A stretch of DNA of 61,647 nucleotides from the NCBI GenBank assembly GCA_026387175.1, contig JAPLME010000005.1, positions 1-61,647 on the forward strand. The letters are read 5' to 3'. Origin of the DNA: Candidatus Omnitrophota bacterium. Lineage in GTDB: Bacteria; Omnitrophota; Gorgyraeia; 2-01-FULL-45-10. Made by a program: the position numbers and the translations under genes. Under the pieces are notes generated by a model. The model did no database searches. It saw only the letters and a program-made list of their open reading frames with translations, and was not told where the DNA came from. Position 1 is the first letter of the stretch. Each line of letters begins with the position of its first letter. Below, piece by piece: positions 36,227 to 45,600 of the stretch.

Positions 36227-37432
36227 ATGCGCGTAAATGTAGTGCTCATATTTATTCTGTCGGTGCTGATACCCACGGCTCTTCTGGCCTACTTCGGCCT
36301 GCAGGCCGTCAGGAGCGAAAAGTCGATAGTCGAAACGAACATACGCCGCGTCTATGAGTCTATGGCGGATGTAGTGGAAGATGAGATAAGGGCCGCCCTT
36401 TATGGGTTATCCGAGTCATCTCTAAGGAATAAATCTAAAATAGAGCCGCTCATGGTGGACCAGGCCGCGATGTTTAATTATCAGGTGAAGATATTCGACA
36501 CCGCCGGCAGGCCGCTCGGCGGGGATCCCTCCAGGGAACTCGGAGCTCCCGTTCTCAGAAAGAATATAAAAGGGATGCCCTACGTAATAGCGGTTTATGA
36601 AAAGTATCCCGCGGTCATAAAGGGCCTTGAAGAGAGGAAACACCGCCTCTCCTCATATATAGCGATAATTATATTTTCCGCGCTCTTTGTATTAGGCGGG
36701 AGCTTCTTCACTTTAAGCGTACTATCGAGAGAATGGCGCCTGACGGAGCTTAAGAGCGAATTCGTGTCGAGCCTGTCGCACGACCTGAGAAGGCCCCTCA
36801 CCTCGATACGCATGTTCTCGGAGATGCTGAAGAACGATAGCGTTCCCAGCGAAGAAAAAAAGCGGGAATATTATAATATCATTTCCGGTGAAAGCGAGCA
36901 GCTCACTAACCTGGCCAATAACATACTTGACTTTTCCCGTATCGAGCGCGGCCGTAAGAGATATGAATTTAAGGATGAGGATATAACGAAGATAGTCAAT
37001 TCGACAGTGGAGCGTTTTAAGTCCTATATGGTGCATGAGTCCTGCAATGTATTTTTGAATATTGATAAAGATATCCCTGTATTAAAGATAGACGCCGATT
37101 CGATATCCCAGGCGATCACGAATCTGCTGACAAACGCATTCAATTATTCACCGTTCGACAAGACGATAAAGATAAATGTAGCGAAGAAAGCCAATGAAGT
37201 GGCCATCGAGGTCATAGACAGCGGAGTGGGGATACCGCGGAAGGAACAGAAGAAGATCTTCCGCAGATTTTACCGTGTTAACCAGAAAGATATGAATGTG
37301 GAGGGCTCCGGGCTCGGCCTTACGCTCGTGAAATATGCCGCCGAAGCGCATCGCGGCAAGGTCACCGTGGAGAGCCGTGAGGGCCATGGGTCGAAGTTTT
37401 CGTTGCTGCTTCCGGTGAACGCGCATGTATAA
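36227..37432 (+). CDS. sensor histidine kinase (two TM, HisKA + HATPase_c)
   Basis: H-box SHDLRRPLTSI, N-box LLTNAFNYS, G-boxes DSGVGI and GSGLGLTLVK. Confidence 0.88.
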   Translation: MRVNVVLIFILSVLIPTALLAYFGLQAVRSEKSIVETNIRRVYESMADVVEDEIRAALYGLSESSLRNKSKIEPLMVDQAAMFNYQVKIFDTAGRPLGGDPSRELGAPVLRKNIKGMPYVIAVYEKYPAVIKGLEERKHRLSSYIAIIIFSALFVLGGSFFTLSVLSREWRLTELKSEFVSSLSHDLRRPLTSIRMFSEMLKNDSVPSEEKKREYYNIISGESEQLTNLANNILDFSRIERGRKRYEFKDEDITKIVNSTVERFKSYMVHESCNVFLNIDKDIPVLKIDADSISQAITNLLTNAFNYSPFDKTIKINVAKKANEVAIEVIDSGVGIPRKEQKKIFRRFYRVNQKDMNVEGSGLGLTLVKYAAEAHRGKVTVESREGHGSKFSLLLPVNAHV

Positions 37433-38099
37433 GATACTGATAGTAGAGGATGATAAAAATATAATGACGGGCCTCGTAGACAATCTCGAGCTCGAAGGCT
37501 ATAAGACGATCATTGCTCGCGACGGCAAGGAAGCGCTCAGACAGGCCAAAGAGAAGGGGCCGGACCTTATCCTATTGGACATCATGCTTCCGAGGCTGAA
37601 CGGGTTTGAAGTCTGCAAGGAATTGAAGCTGCAGGGTATAAGGGCGCCCATCATAATTTTAAGCGCCAGGGCGCAGGAGGCGGATAAGGTGCTGGGGCTC
37701 GAGCTCGGGGCGGACGATTACATCACCAAGCCGTTTTCACCTCGCGAGCTTGTCGTGAGGGTCAAGGCGGTATTGCGCAGGATGGAGAACGCCGGTAAAG
37801 AGGAAGACGTCTACGAATTCGACGGGATAAAGATAGACTTTAAAAAATATATGATCTATAAGGGCCAGGAGGAGATAAGCCTCACAGCCGCCGAACATAA
37901 GATATTGAAACTGCTTGTATCGAACCGCGGAGAGCCTGTATCGAGGCACACTATGCTTGCGCAAATATGGACCTCCGAAGAGGTTACGACGCGGACCGTC
38001 GATACCCATATATGGAGCCTGAGAGAGAAGATAGAGAAGAACCCCGGCGCGCCGGAGCATATCATCACGGTCCACCGGGTCGGGTATAAGTTCGTGTAG
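37425..38099 (+). CDS. OmpR/PhoB-family response regulator
   Basis: Receiver ILIVEDD...DLILLDIMLP...K, and winged-helix tail TRTVDTHIWSLREKI...ITVHRVGYKF. Confidence 0.9.
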   Translation: MYKILIVEDDKNIMTGLVDNLELEGYKTIIARDGKEALRQAKEKGPDLILLDIMLPRLNGFEVCKELKLQGIRAPIIILSARAQEADKVLGLELGADDYITKPFSPRELVVRVKAVLRRMENAGKEEDVYEFDGIKIDFKKYMIYKGQEEISLTAAEHKILKLLVSNRGEPVSRHTMLAQIWTSEEVTTRTVDTHIWSLREKIEKNPGAPEHIITVHRVGYKFV

Positions 38100-38105
38100 A
38101 AAAGC

Positions 38106-38147
38106 TTGACAACTTCTTGACAACTTATTGGCGTTATTCTGACAACA
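38106..38147 (+). promoter_or_regulatory. phased direct repeats TTGACAACTT x2 plus TGACAAC: candidate OmpR-family binding site
   Basis: TGACAAC starts at 38107, 38118 and 38140 (offsets 11 and 22 bp). The third overlaps a -35-like CTGACA, 19 nt upstream of TATACT (38164-38169). Confidence 0.45.
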
Positions 38148-38197
38148 CGTTTTACGATGTAGTGTATACTTAAGTGTAGGATTTGATAGAAATGTAG

Positions 38198-38221
38198 TAG
38201 GGGAGGTTTAAACCTCCCCTA
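38198..38221. repeat. perfect 24-nt palindrome TAGGGGAGGTTTAAACCTCCCCTA
   Basis: Exact self-complementarity, lying between the putative promoter and the DUF2341 gene start. Confidence 0.7.
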
Positions 38222-38258
38222 CATAGAAGTACCGGTCGTGCTATTACAGGACACTACA

Positions 38259-40835
38259 ATGGAAAAGATGAGACGTTTCCTGAGTATTGGAATTATACTT
38301 ATTATGGCGATGGCGGCCATATTTGTCAGCGCGCCTGCCGAAGCCGCCAAGATTGCCGAAGCCGCCGAGACTTCCGACGCTCAGAATAAAGCTATATTTA
38401 TCCGGCCGCTCATATGGCGCGCTGACTCAAGCGCAAGCTACTCATTTAAAGGCGCCGCATTAGAAAACGCGGATCTTGCGACCGATGGGTCAGTGAGGTC
38501 CTACGACACTTCCAACGGAACAGTCGAACTTCCCAATCCATATAAGACGGACGGCTCCGTAACCGGGCTATCGGCAAGCTGGTCATTTACGGGCAAAGTG
38601 ACCCTCGAGGTAAGTATCACAGGCAGCTCGAAAGATTATGTCGAGGTAATAAACGGCGTTCCGGTTACTTATAAAGAGCCGTACGCCGGCTCCGGGATAA
38701 AATGGCGGGCGACCCTCGCTCCAAATAGCACGCTTACCGATCTTAAGATAACCTATTCAGACCTTTCCGGTGTCGTGGGCAGTTTCGGAGAGAGCCTGCT
38801 TTCCGGATTCGGCGCGAGAAAATGGATCTATGTAAAAGGCTCCGCGGCCGGAACCCTTTTTAATTATCAGATGCCTATAAGAGTGGGCGAATCACAAAAA
38901 TCTGTCGGGACCTGCGACTTTAAATTAAGCGGAGGCATCCTGTCCGATTTTGCCGATATAAGGTTTACGGCGACCGATGGAGAGACCATATTGCCTCACT
39001 ACCTGGAAAGCGTTACCGGCAAAGCGCCTAACCGCACAGCCGTTTTCTGGGTCAATATACCCGAAATCCCTAAGAACGGCCTTCCTATATATATGTATTA
39101 CTCTAAGACAGGCGCTTCCGACCTGTCGAGCGGCGAGAAGGTCTTTGACTTCTTTGACGATTTCGGCGGCGCTCTCCTTAATGGCAAGAAATGGAAGACT
39201 GTGCTGTATGACAAGGCGGGCAGCGCCAGCGTCAAAGATTCCATCCTTTCACTTACAAGGGCGAAGATTACCTCCGCGGACTACAAATTCGCGAGCGGCC
39301 TTATAGAATATAAAGCCCGGGCATCAGCGAGCGGCTCTTCAGAAGGAATTATAAGGGCCACCTCGTCAGGTAATGATGACGTGATAGCTTATTCTTCAGT
39401 TTCCTCGAGCGCCTCAGCTCACAGTATCACCAAAGGTTCCGGCACAAAAGCGAATGACCCGAAGCCTATATCCCCGGATGCCTTCTACACTTACAAGATA
39501 TACTGCGATGATAACGGGGACATAGCTTTCCGGAGATACGGCGAAGACGGCTCGGGAACCGCGCAGGCCGAGACGGAATATTTGGCAGGATCGAGCGAGG
39601 CTTCACCGATAGGCCTGTCATCCTCGATAATCGGCGAAACGATGAGCTGTGACTGGATACGGACGCGCAAAGCCGCCAACCCACCTCCGCAGGTTGATAC
39701 GAGGACGGCTTCCATGGCCCCGGAGGCAACGAATCTGCCGGAATTTTACAATGTATCCATAGCGCCTGATGGAGGCCTCATCCCGAGCAGCGATAGTTCA
39801 GAAAGTTATTACATCTCACGGCTCATCAGCCCGGCTTTCGATGCCCGGATAATAAAGCCTTCCTGGGACGTCGATCTATCCGATGAGGAATCAGTTTCCA
39901 TCAGCATCGCCGTTAAAAATGGCGGGAAGTTTTATTCTGACTGGAAGAACGGCGCTGCCCGCTACGCCTCTAAGAAGGAATTTGATAAGGGCAGCCAATT
40001 AAGGTGGAAGGCGGAATTCGGAAGCGAGGGCATAGAGCTTAAAAAATTCAGCCTGGAATACAGGCCCGGCACCATCCGTGTGGTGATGCCAAAAGGCGGA
40101 GAGACTCTTACTTCGGGCGCCAGCTACAGCATATTCTGGGAAGCCGCCGGTTATGATCCGAAATACCCTCTGGAGATATCGTATTCAAAGGATGACAGCG
40201 AGGATTTCGAGGTGATCGCCGCAAAGGTGGACAATTCCGGTGACTATGCCTGGAATGTGCCGGCCGGAGTATCCGGTAAGGCGGTGATGAAGGTCGCGGA
40301 TTATAATGATAAGTCCATTTACGGCATATCAGAAGATTATTTCTCGATCGTGTCAGGAGTGACCGCAGAGACCAAGGTTCGGGCCGCGGAAGAGGTAGGG
40401 GTTATAGAGAGCGTGACGCCGGCGGAAGAGAAGCCGGCCGAAACTCCAAAGGCTGTAGAGAAGCCGCTTGCGGGTATGTACGATCTTCTTATTAAGGTAG
40501 GAGACAATCCGTCACCCGATGGGTATAAGGACGGCGATATAGTGATGGTAAAGCCGGCGGGATATTTATGGGGCGCCGAGGAGAGAGGAAAGTTTCTCAT
40601 CGTGCGTACCTATCTTACCCCCCAGAGAGCTTTAGAATTAATGCAGCCCGACGAGATGGTTACGCTTACGGGTAAGTCAAATCGCAAGGTCACTAAAACG
40701 CTGAATAAGAGAAAATACCGTTTTAACCTGCAGGACAAGATCACTCTGCAGGAGAGGGCAAAAGCGGCGCAGGGACACCTGACCGGTAATGCCCTGGAAG
40801 TAAAGGACATAGCGGCGGAGACCGAGAAGAAGTAA
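38259..40835 (+). CDS. secreted DUF2341 + LamG/concanavalin-like domain protein
   Basis: Signal MEKMRRFLSIGIILIMAMAAIFVSAPAEA. The block WIYVKGS...FNYQMPIRV...DFADIRFTATDGETILPHYLE...AVFWVNIPEIP...IYMYY is the DUF2341 pattern as I recall it, followed by FDFFDDFGG (LamG-like). ATG 38259 preferred over GTG 38238. Confidence 0.65.
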   Translation: MEKMRRFLSIGIILIMAMAAIFVSAPAEAAKIAEAAETSDAQNKAIFIRPLIWRADSSASYSFKGAALENADLATDGSVRSYDTSNGTVELPNPYKTDGSVTGLSASWSFTGKVTLEVSITGSSKDYVEVINGVPVTYKEPYAGSGIKWRATLAPNSTLTDLKITYSDLSGVVGSFGESLLSGFGARKWIYVKGSAAGTLFNYQMPIRVGESQKSVGTCDFKLSGGILSDFADIRFTATDGETILPHYLESVTGKAPNRTAVFWVNIPEIPKNGLPIYMYYSKTGASDLSSGEKVFDFFDDFGGALLNGKKWKTVLYDKAGSASVKDSILSLTRAKITSADYKFASGLIEYKARASASGSSEGIIRATSSGNDDVIAYSSVSSSASAHSITKGSGTKANDPKPISPDAFYTYKIYCDDNGDIAFRRYGEDGSGTAQAETEYLAGSSEASPIGLSSSIIGETMSCDWIRTRKAANPPPQVDTRTASMAPEATNLPEFYNVSIAPDGGLIPSSDSSESYYISRLISPAFDARIIKPSWDVDLSDEESVSISIAVKNGGKFYSDWKNGAARYASKKEFDKGSQLRWKAEFGSEGIELKKFSLEYRPGTIRVVMPKGGETLTSGASYSIFWEAAGYDPKYPLEISYSKDDSEDFEVIAAKVDNSGDYAWNVPAGVSGKAVMKVADYNDKSIYGISEDYFSIVSGVTAETKVRAAEEVGVIESVTPAEEKPAETPKAVEKPLAGMYDLLIKVGDNPSPDGYKDGDIVMVKPAGYLWGAEERGKFLIVRTYLTPQRALELMQPDEMVTLTGKSNRKVTKTLNKRKYRFNLQDKITLQERAKAAQGHLTGNALEVKDIAAETEKK

Positions 40836-40844
40836 GTGGGGCTT

Positions 40845-40931
40845 GAGATTGCAGGGTGTCCCTTTGCAGGATGGCCCCAAAGCGGGCCAAAGCGGATGAG
40901 ATTGCAGGGTGTCCCCTTGCAGGATGGCCCC
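40845..40931. repeat. REP-family copies (reverse orientation): two units, 53-nt period
   Basis: GAGATTGCAGGGTGTCCCTTTGCAGGATGGCCCC (40845-40878) and GAGATTGCAGGGTGTCCCCTTGCAGGATGGCCCC (40898-40931). The spacer holds a CCAAAGCGG duplication. Confidence 0.9.
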
Positions 40932-40964
40932 AGGAGCGGGTTGTTACAGAAGAAGGTGACGGAC

Positions 40965-42524
40965 ATGATTACTAGAAAATGGTTACTTACACTATTATTA
41001 TTAAGCATATTTGCTATGACATTATCTACTGAGGCCATGGCGAATAATATCACCGTCTCTAACGTCTCCTTATATAAAGCATCGGGACAGCCGAACGGCA
41101 CGATAGGCATAAAATTCGATCTTGCATGGGATAACTCTTTCAGCGCCGTAGATAATAACGGCAATGCCTTTTTCGATCGCGCCTGGATATTCGTGAAGTA
41201 CTTTGACGCCGCAAATGCCAGCACCGACACAGCTTGGAGCCATGCCACCTTAATTTCAGGCGGGACAGTAAGCAATTATAACGCCCAGAGTGGGACCGGA
41301 ATAAGCGCTGACCAAAAAGGCGCTTTCTGTAGGCCCGGGACCAACCAGATTGTGTACTGGGATTACACCACCGATGGAGTCTCTTCCTCGGCTTCTATCT
41401 CGGTCAAAGTTATGGCGATAGAGATGGTCTATGTGCCAACAGGCTCGTTCTATGTCGGTTCAGGCGGCACCGAAACAAACGCTTTCTATAACTATCCCAA
41501 CACCACCAGCCCTTATAAGATAACCTCTGAAGATTCGATTACTGTGGGCACAACCACCGGAAATCTCTATTACCCGAATTCAAATACTTATGGCGGCGAT
41601 CAGGCAGGCCCAGTACCCGTCGCTTTCCCCAAAGGTTATAACGGTTTCTACATGATGAAATACGAAGTTAACCAGGGCCAATACCGGGATTTCTTGAATA
41701 CGCTCAGCCGCGCCCAGCAAAACCAAAGGGCCGGAGACGGAACAACCCTGGCTTCGGGCACAACATCCGTAACCAATATATATGTTATGCCAAATACCAG
41801 TATTGCCGCTAATATCGCTTCCGCTTCTAATTATCGTAATGGAATACGATGTGACGCCACTATTCCCGCGACTACCCCAATAACGTTTTACTGTGATTAT
41901 AACAATAATGGTACGCCGAACGAAGCCACTGACGGCGAATGGATAGCCTGTAATTATGTAAGCTGGCCCGACTTATGCGCCTATGCCGATTGGGCAGGGC
42001 TTCGTCCCTTTACTGAGTTTGAATTTGAAAAAGCGTCCAGAGGACTAAATACTTCGATAGCCAATGAATGCACATGGGGCTCAACCGTTATTACTGCCGG
42101 CCCTACAGGCCCGACCAATCCCGGCGCTAATAATGAGACAGCCACTAACAATGCCAACTGTAGCTATAACGGTACTGTGTCCGGCCCTATGCGCGTAGGA
42201 TTCGCTGCGACCAGCTCTTCAAGCCGTTATGCCTCGGGCGGCTCCTATTACGGAATAATGGAGCTTTCCGGGAACTTATGGGAACGATCGGTCACCGTAG
42301 GTAATAGTACCGGCCGGTTATTTATTGGTAGCCACGGAGATGGTAATTTAAGCACAACTAATACCGACTGGCCGGGAGCTAACGCGACCGGCTCGGGCTA
42401 CCACGGCGGCTGTTGGAACAACGACAATTTCAACGCTGGTGTGTCGGCCCGTACCTACGCGGCGACCGCGAGTGCTGGTCGCACCCTCACTTTCGGCATC
42501 CGCTGTGCCAGGACGGCTCAGTAG
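40965..42524 (+). CDS. secreted FGE-sulfatase (SUMF1/C-type-lectin-fold) domain protein
   Basis: Signal MITRKWLLTLLLLSIFAMTLSTEAMA. YEVNQGQYRDFL, VSWPDLCAYADWAGLRPFTEFEFEKASRG, MELSGNLWERS, HGGCW and FGIRCA match the PF03781-type pattern. The track start at 40836 is made of repeat sequence. Confidence 0.75.
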   Translation: MITRKWLLTLLLLSIFAMTLSTEAMANNITVSNVSLYKASGQPNGTIGIKFDLAWDNSFSAVDNNGNAFFDRAWIFVKYFDAANASTDTAWSHATLISGGTVSNYNAQSGTGISADQKGAFCRPGTNQIVYWDYTTDGVSSSASISVKVMAIEMVYVPTGSFYVGSGGTETNAFYNYPNTTSPYKITSEDSITVGTTTGNLYYPNSNTYGGDQAGPVPVAFPKGYNGFYMMKYEVNQGQYRDFLNTLSRAQQNQRAGDGTTLASGTTSVTNIYVMPNTSIAANIASASNYRNGIRCDATIPATTPITFYCDYNNNGTPNEATDGEWIACNYVSWPDLCAYADWAGLRPFTEFEFEKASRGLNTSIANECTWGSTVITAGPTGPTNPGANNETATNNANCSYNGTVSGPMRVGFAATSSSSRYASGGSYYGIMELSGNLWERSVTVGNSTGRLFIGSHGDGNLSTTNTDWPGANATGSGYHGGCWNNDNFNAGVSARTYAATASAGRTLTFGIRCARTAQ

Positions 42525-42553
42525 TGACTGAGTGAGGTTGAGAAGTCAAGGGA

Positions 42554-42651
42554 CAGGGTTCAGGGTGCAGGGTACAGGAGAGTGAGATTGAGGAGTGAGG
42601 GAAGAGGGTGAAGATTTTTTCTGAACCCTGGGCCCTGCCCCCTGAACCCTG
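42554..42651 (+). promoter_or_regulatory. long imperfect inverted repeat in the leader of the giant gene
   Basis: CAGGGTTCAGGGTGCAGGGTACAGG (42554-42578) against CTGAACCCTGGGCCCTGCCCCCTGAACCCTG (42621-42651), about 20 of 25 complementary by eye. It ends 3 nt before the GAGGA RBS (42655-42659). Confidence 0.5.
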
Positions 42652-42666
42652 ATAGAGGATAAGACG

Positions 42667-45600
42667 ATGAAAACTATGACGGGTAAGACAATTCGGGTGA
42701 TCGTAGCTCTAACGATGGTGTTACAGCCGTTAATGAGCGAGAGCGCCTATGCCCAGTTCGCCGGTGGAAGCGGCGCCGGCTGGGGAACAGCCGTGACATC
42801 ATCCAGCACGACGTTAAGCTCCGTAACTGCCGACACTAACGTCAAGCTCATTCGCGCGAGCCAGACGGTCACCTATGTCCAGCGATTATCCGGTGGCAAT
42901 TCTCTTATCACTTTGAGCGCCGCTTTTCCCAATAATAACCTTAAAGTAGGGCAAAAGATAGTTGTAAACGTTACTACCAATACCAGCTTTAACGGCACCT
43001 TCACTATTACCTGGGTCGCTAGCGATTATTGCTCTTTCAAATATTATCAACCTCTGGGCACTGTAGCTTCAACAGCCGACACGGGCACAGTCGGCGGTCA
43101 CTACTCTTCGCTTATCGGCTGGGAAGCGGCCGGCGGCAACACAACCGCCGAGTGTTATAATGACTGGGCGAGCGGCCTATCCGAAAACCTGACCATTTCC
43201 GGCAATAGCGCAACATCTACGAGTTACATGAAGATTACTGTTCCTTTGAGTGAGCGAAATACCGGCTCGACCGGCACGGGCTTCAAGTTGGCGGGGACTC
43301 TTACGGTCGGGGATAGCTATGCGGCCATTGAAGACATTGAGGTAACCGGCGTCGCCACAGTGTCGTCCGGCATGACCCTTAACACCAATGGCAATATATT
43401 GTTCACCGGCGGCCTCACGATCGAAGGTACGGCAACGCTTAACGCCGGAAACTCGAATATGGTATTTAGCTCAGGAGACATCAGCCTCTTCGGAATGCTT
43501 AACGCCCAGGGTTCGATGATAACGTTTAACGGTTCCACAGTAGCGCTCAGTAACAGCGTATTTACTCCCGGCCAGGCGACGATAGCGTTTTCCGGAACAT
43601 CGAGCTGGACGCCGGGCACCGTAACATACAAAACCGTAGAATTCGGTTCAGGCACGACGACCATTACCGGGACAGCCACGGTCGCCAATAAAGTGGTTCT
43701 TGCCACCGGCTCCTCCGGCGCCGTTAACGGCGGCGCGATTACCTTAACGGGCGATTTAGTCTGCACATCCGGCACCGGCGGCACGACCGCGATCACGTTG
43801 AACAGCACCGCGCAGCCGCAGTCCATTTCCGGCGGAGGCGCCGCCACATTGCCCCAAACCATCAACATTAATAAGTCCGGCCAAACCACCACGGTTTCTG
43901 GCGCCATAGGCCTGCAGAATGTCAATATACAGGCTGGCACCGTCGAGTTCGCCGGCGGTTATAACTACACTATCGGCGCCGGCAAGACGATCGCCTTGAG
44001 CGACACTCCAAGCGCTATCCTTAAATTTACCGGCACCAGCGCGTCGAGAAAGGTTACGCTGAGGAGCTCATCGCCGGGGACCGCCTGGAACCTGACCAAT
44101 CCGGCCAGCGCGGTAGTCACGCCGGTTCTTACGGATGTGCAGGATTCTGTTGCCTCCAGAGCGTCGGTAGACGCTACCAACGCGGGCAATATTAATAGCA
44201 GCAGAAATACCAACTGGCTCTTTGACGCAGCCGGCATTGTTTACTGGACCAATGGCTCAGGCGACGGCAAATGGTCCACAGCCGCTAACTGGTCCACAGG
44301 AGCTGTGCCAATCTCGACTGATTCAGTTATTTTCAATAATACCTCAACCACAAACTGCGCAGTCGACCAGACAGTTACTATTGCCAATCTCACTCTTAGC
44401 GCAGGATACTCCCCCGGCACTGTAACCTTAAGCCCAACAGCAGGGCAGGATCTAACCGTTACTAATACTATTGCCTTAAATGCCAACGGTGGAAAACTTA
44501 CAGATAATGGCAGGAATGTGAATTTTGTAAATTCCACAATTGCTAACGATACACCCATTAACAATCTCTTTAGCACCGGAAACTGGAAACAGACAGCCAG
44601 TGGAACCATTTCCGGCCCTTCCGGCAATAGCATGTTTAACAGTCTTGAAATAGCCGCAGGAGTTATTTCAAACTTTAGCGCCGGCGGATGCTTTATTAAA
44701 AAAAGTCTTACACTCAGGAGCAATTCTTCAATAGTTGGTGCGGATATATTACTTTACGGCTCCGGCTTAATAAATGATTGTATTGTGATGGAGACAGGTT
44801 CAACAATTCCTTCTTCTTCAACGATTGAGATATATGCTGCAGGCGCCGATCTAACTCAAGGGGCTTTATCTATAGGTGGAAATCTAAGGTTAGATTACAT
44901 TAATAATCATTCTGTCGCCATGACCGGAGATTGGAATATCGGTGGAAATTTGGAAATCTTTGGGTATTCTCCTTCAGGCTCAACTGCCACATTAGACACC
45001 AATAGCCATAACCTTACGGTAGGCGGTTATCTACAAGTAGGAAACAGTAATCCTTCATATGCCAATGGCATGCTTGGCAAAATCCTGTTTAAGGGCGGCA
45101 CTCACACCATCAGCGGAAATATTTATGTTGGCGGTGGAAGCACGTCTTCAACTTGTAATACCCATGGTTACATTGACTTTGGCTCAAGCACAGTAAATGT
45201 GGTAGGAAATATTGACTTTAGGTGTGCCTCAGTTACTCCCGGAACCTCAACCGTAAACCTTACCGGCACAGGCACAACTAATATTTATTCAATAGTCGAT
45301 TATACCTATAAAGACGCTACCTTAGATAACCCGGTATTAAATACCGCACCGCTCTATAAATTAACCTCAAGCGTAGCTGGCAAGACCATTAGCTTCGAGG
45401 CAGGGAAGACCGTAACAATAGCCAACAACCTGAGCCTTGCCGGAACCGGGACGGGCGCTAATCTCCTGACCTTAAACTCCACCACAGCAGGCACTGCAGC
45501 TAACCTAAATGTTTCAGGCACAGCTACCGGCATGAACTACTTGAGCGTTAAAGACTCCAATGCTTCGAGCGGAAAAGGCATCATAGCCATTAACTCTACC

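Noticed and set aside
40610-41275. 221-aa minus-strand ORF spanning the 40.9-kb intergenic region
   Set aside because: It runs antisense to the start of the FGE-domain gene and the end of the DUF2341 gene. It translates the REP copies (GPSCKGTPCN...), which is not credible coding sequence.
42380-42524. DGR variable region at the C-terminus of the FGE-sulfatase (C-type-lectin fold) protein, with the downstream hairpin as an IMH-associated structure
   Set aside because: The fold and the GGCWNN...FGIRCA tail are the kind of scaffold that DGRs target. However, I find no template repeat elsewhere in the window, no reverse transcriptase, and no adenine-specific mismatch pattern to evaluate. The tail is also simply the conserved family C-terminus. 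It is worth a TR/RT search in the full genome, but the sequence here does not support it.
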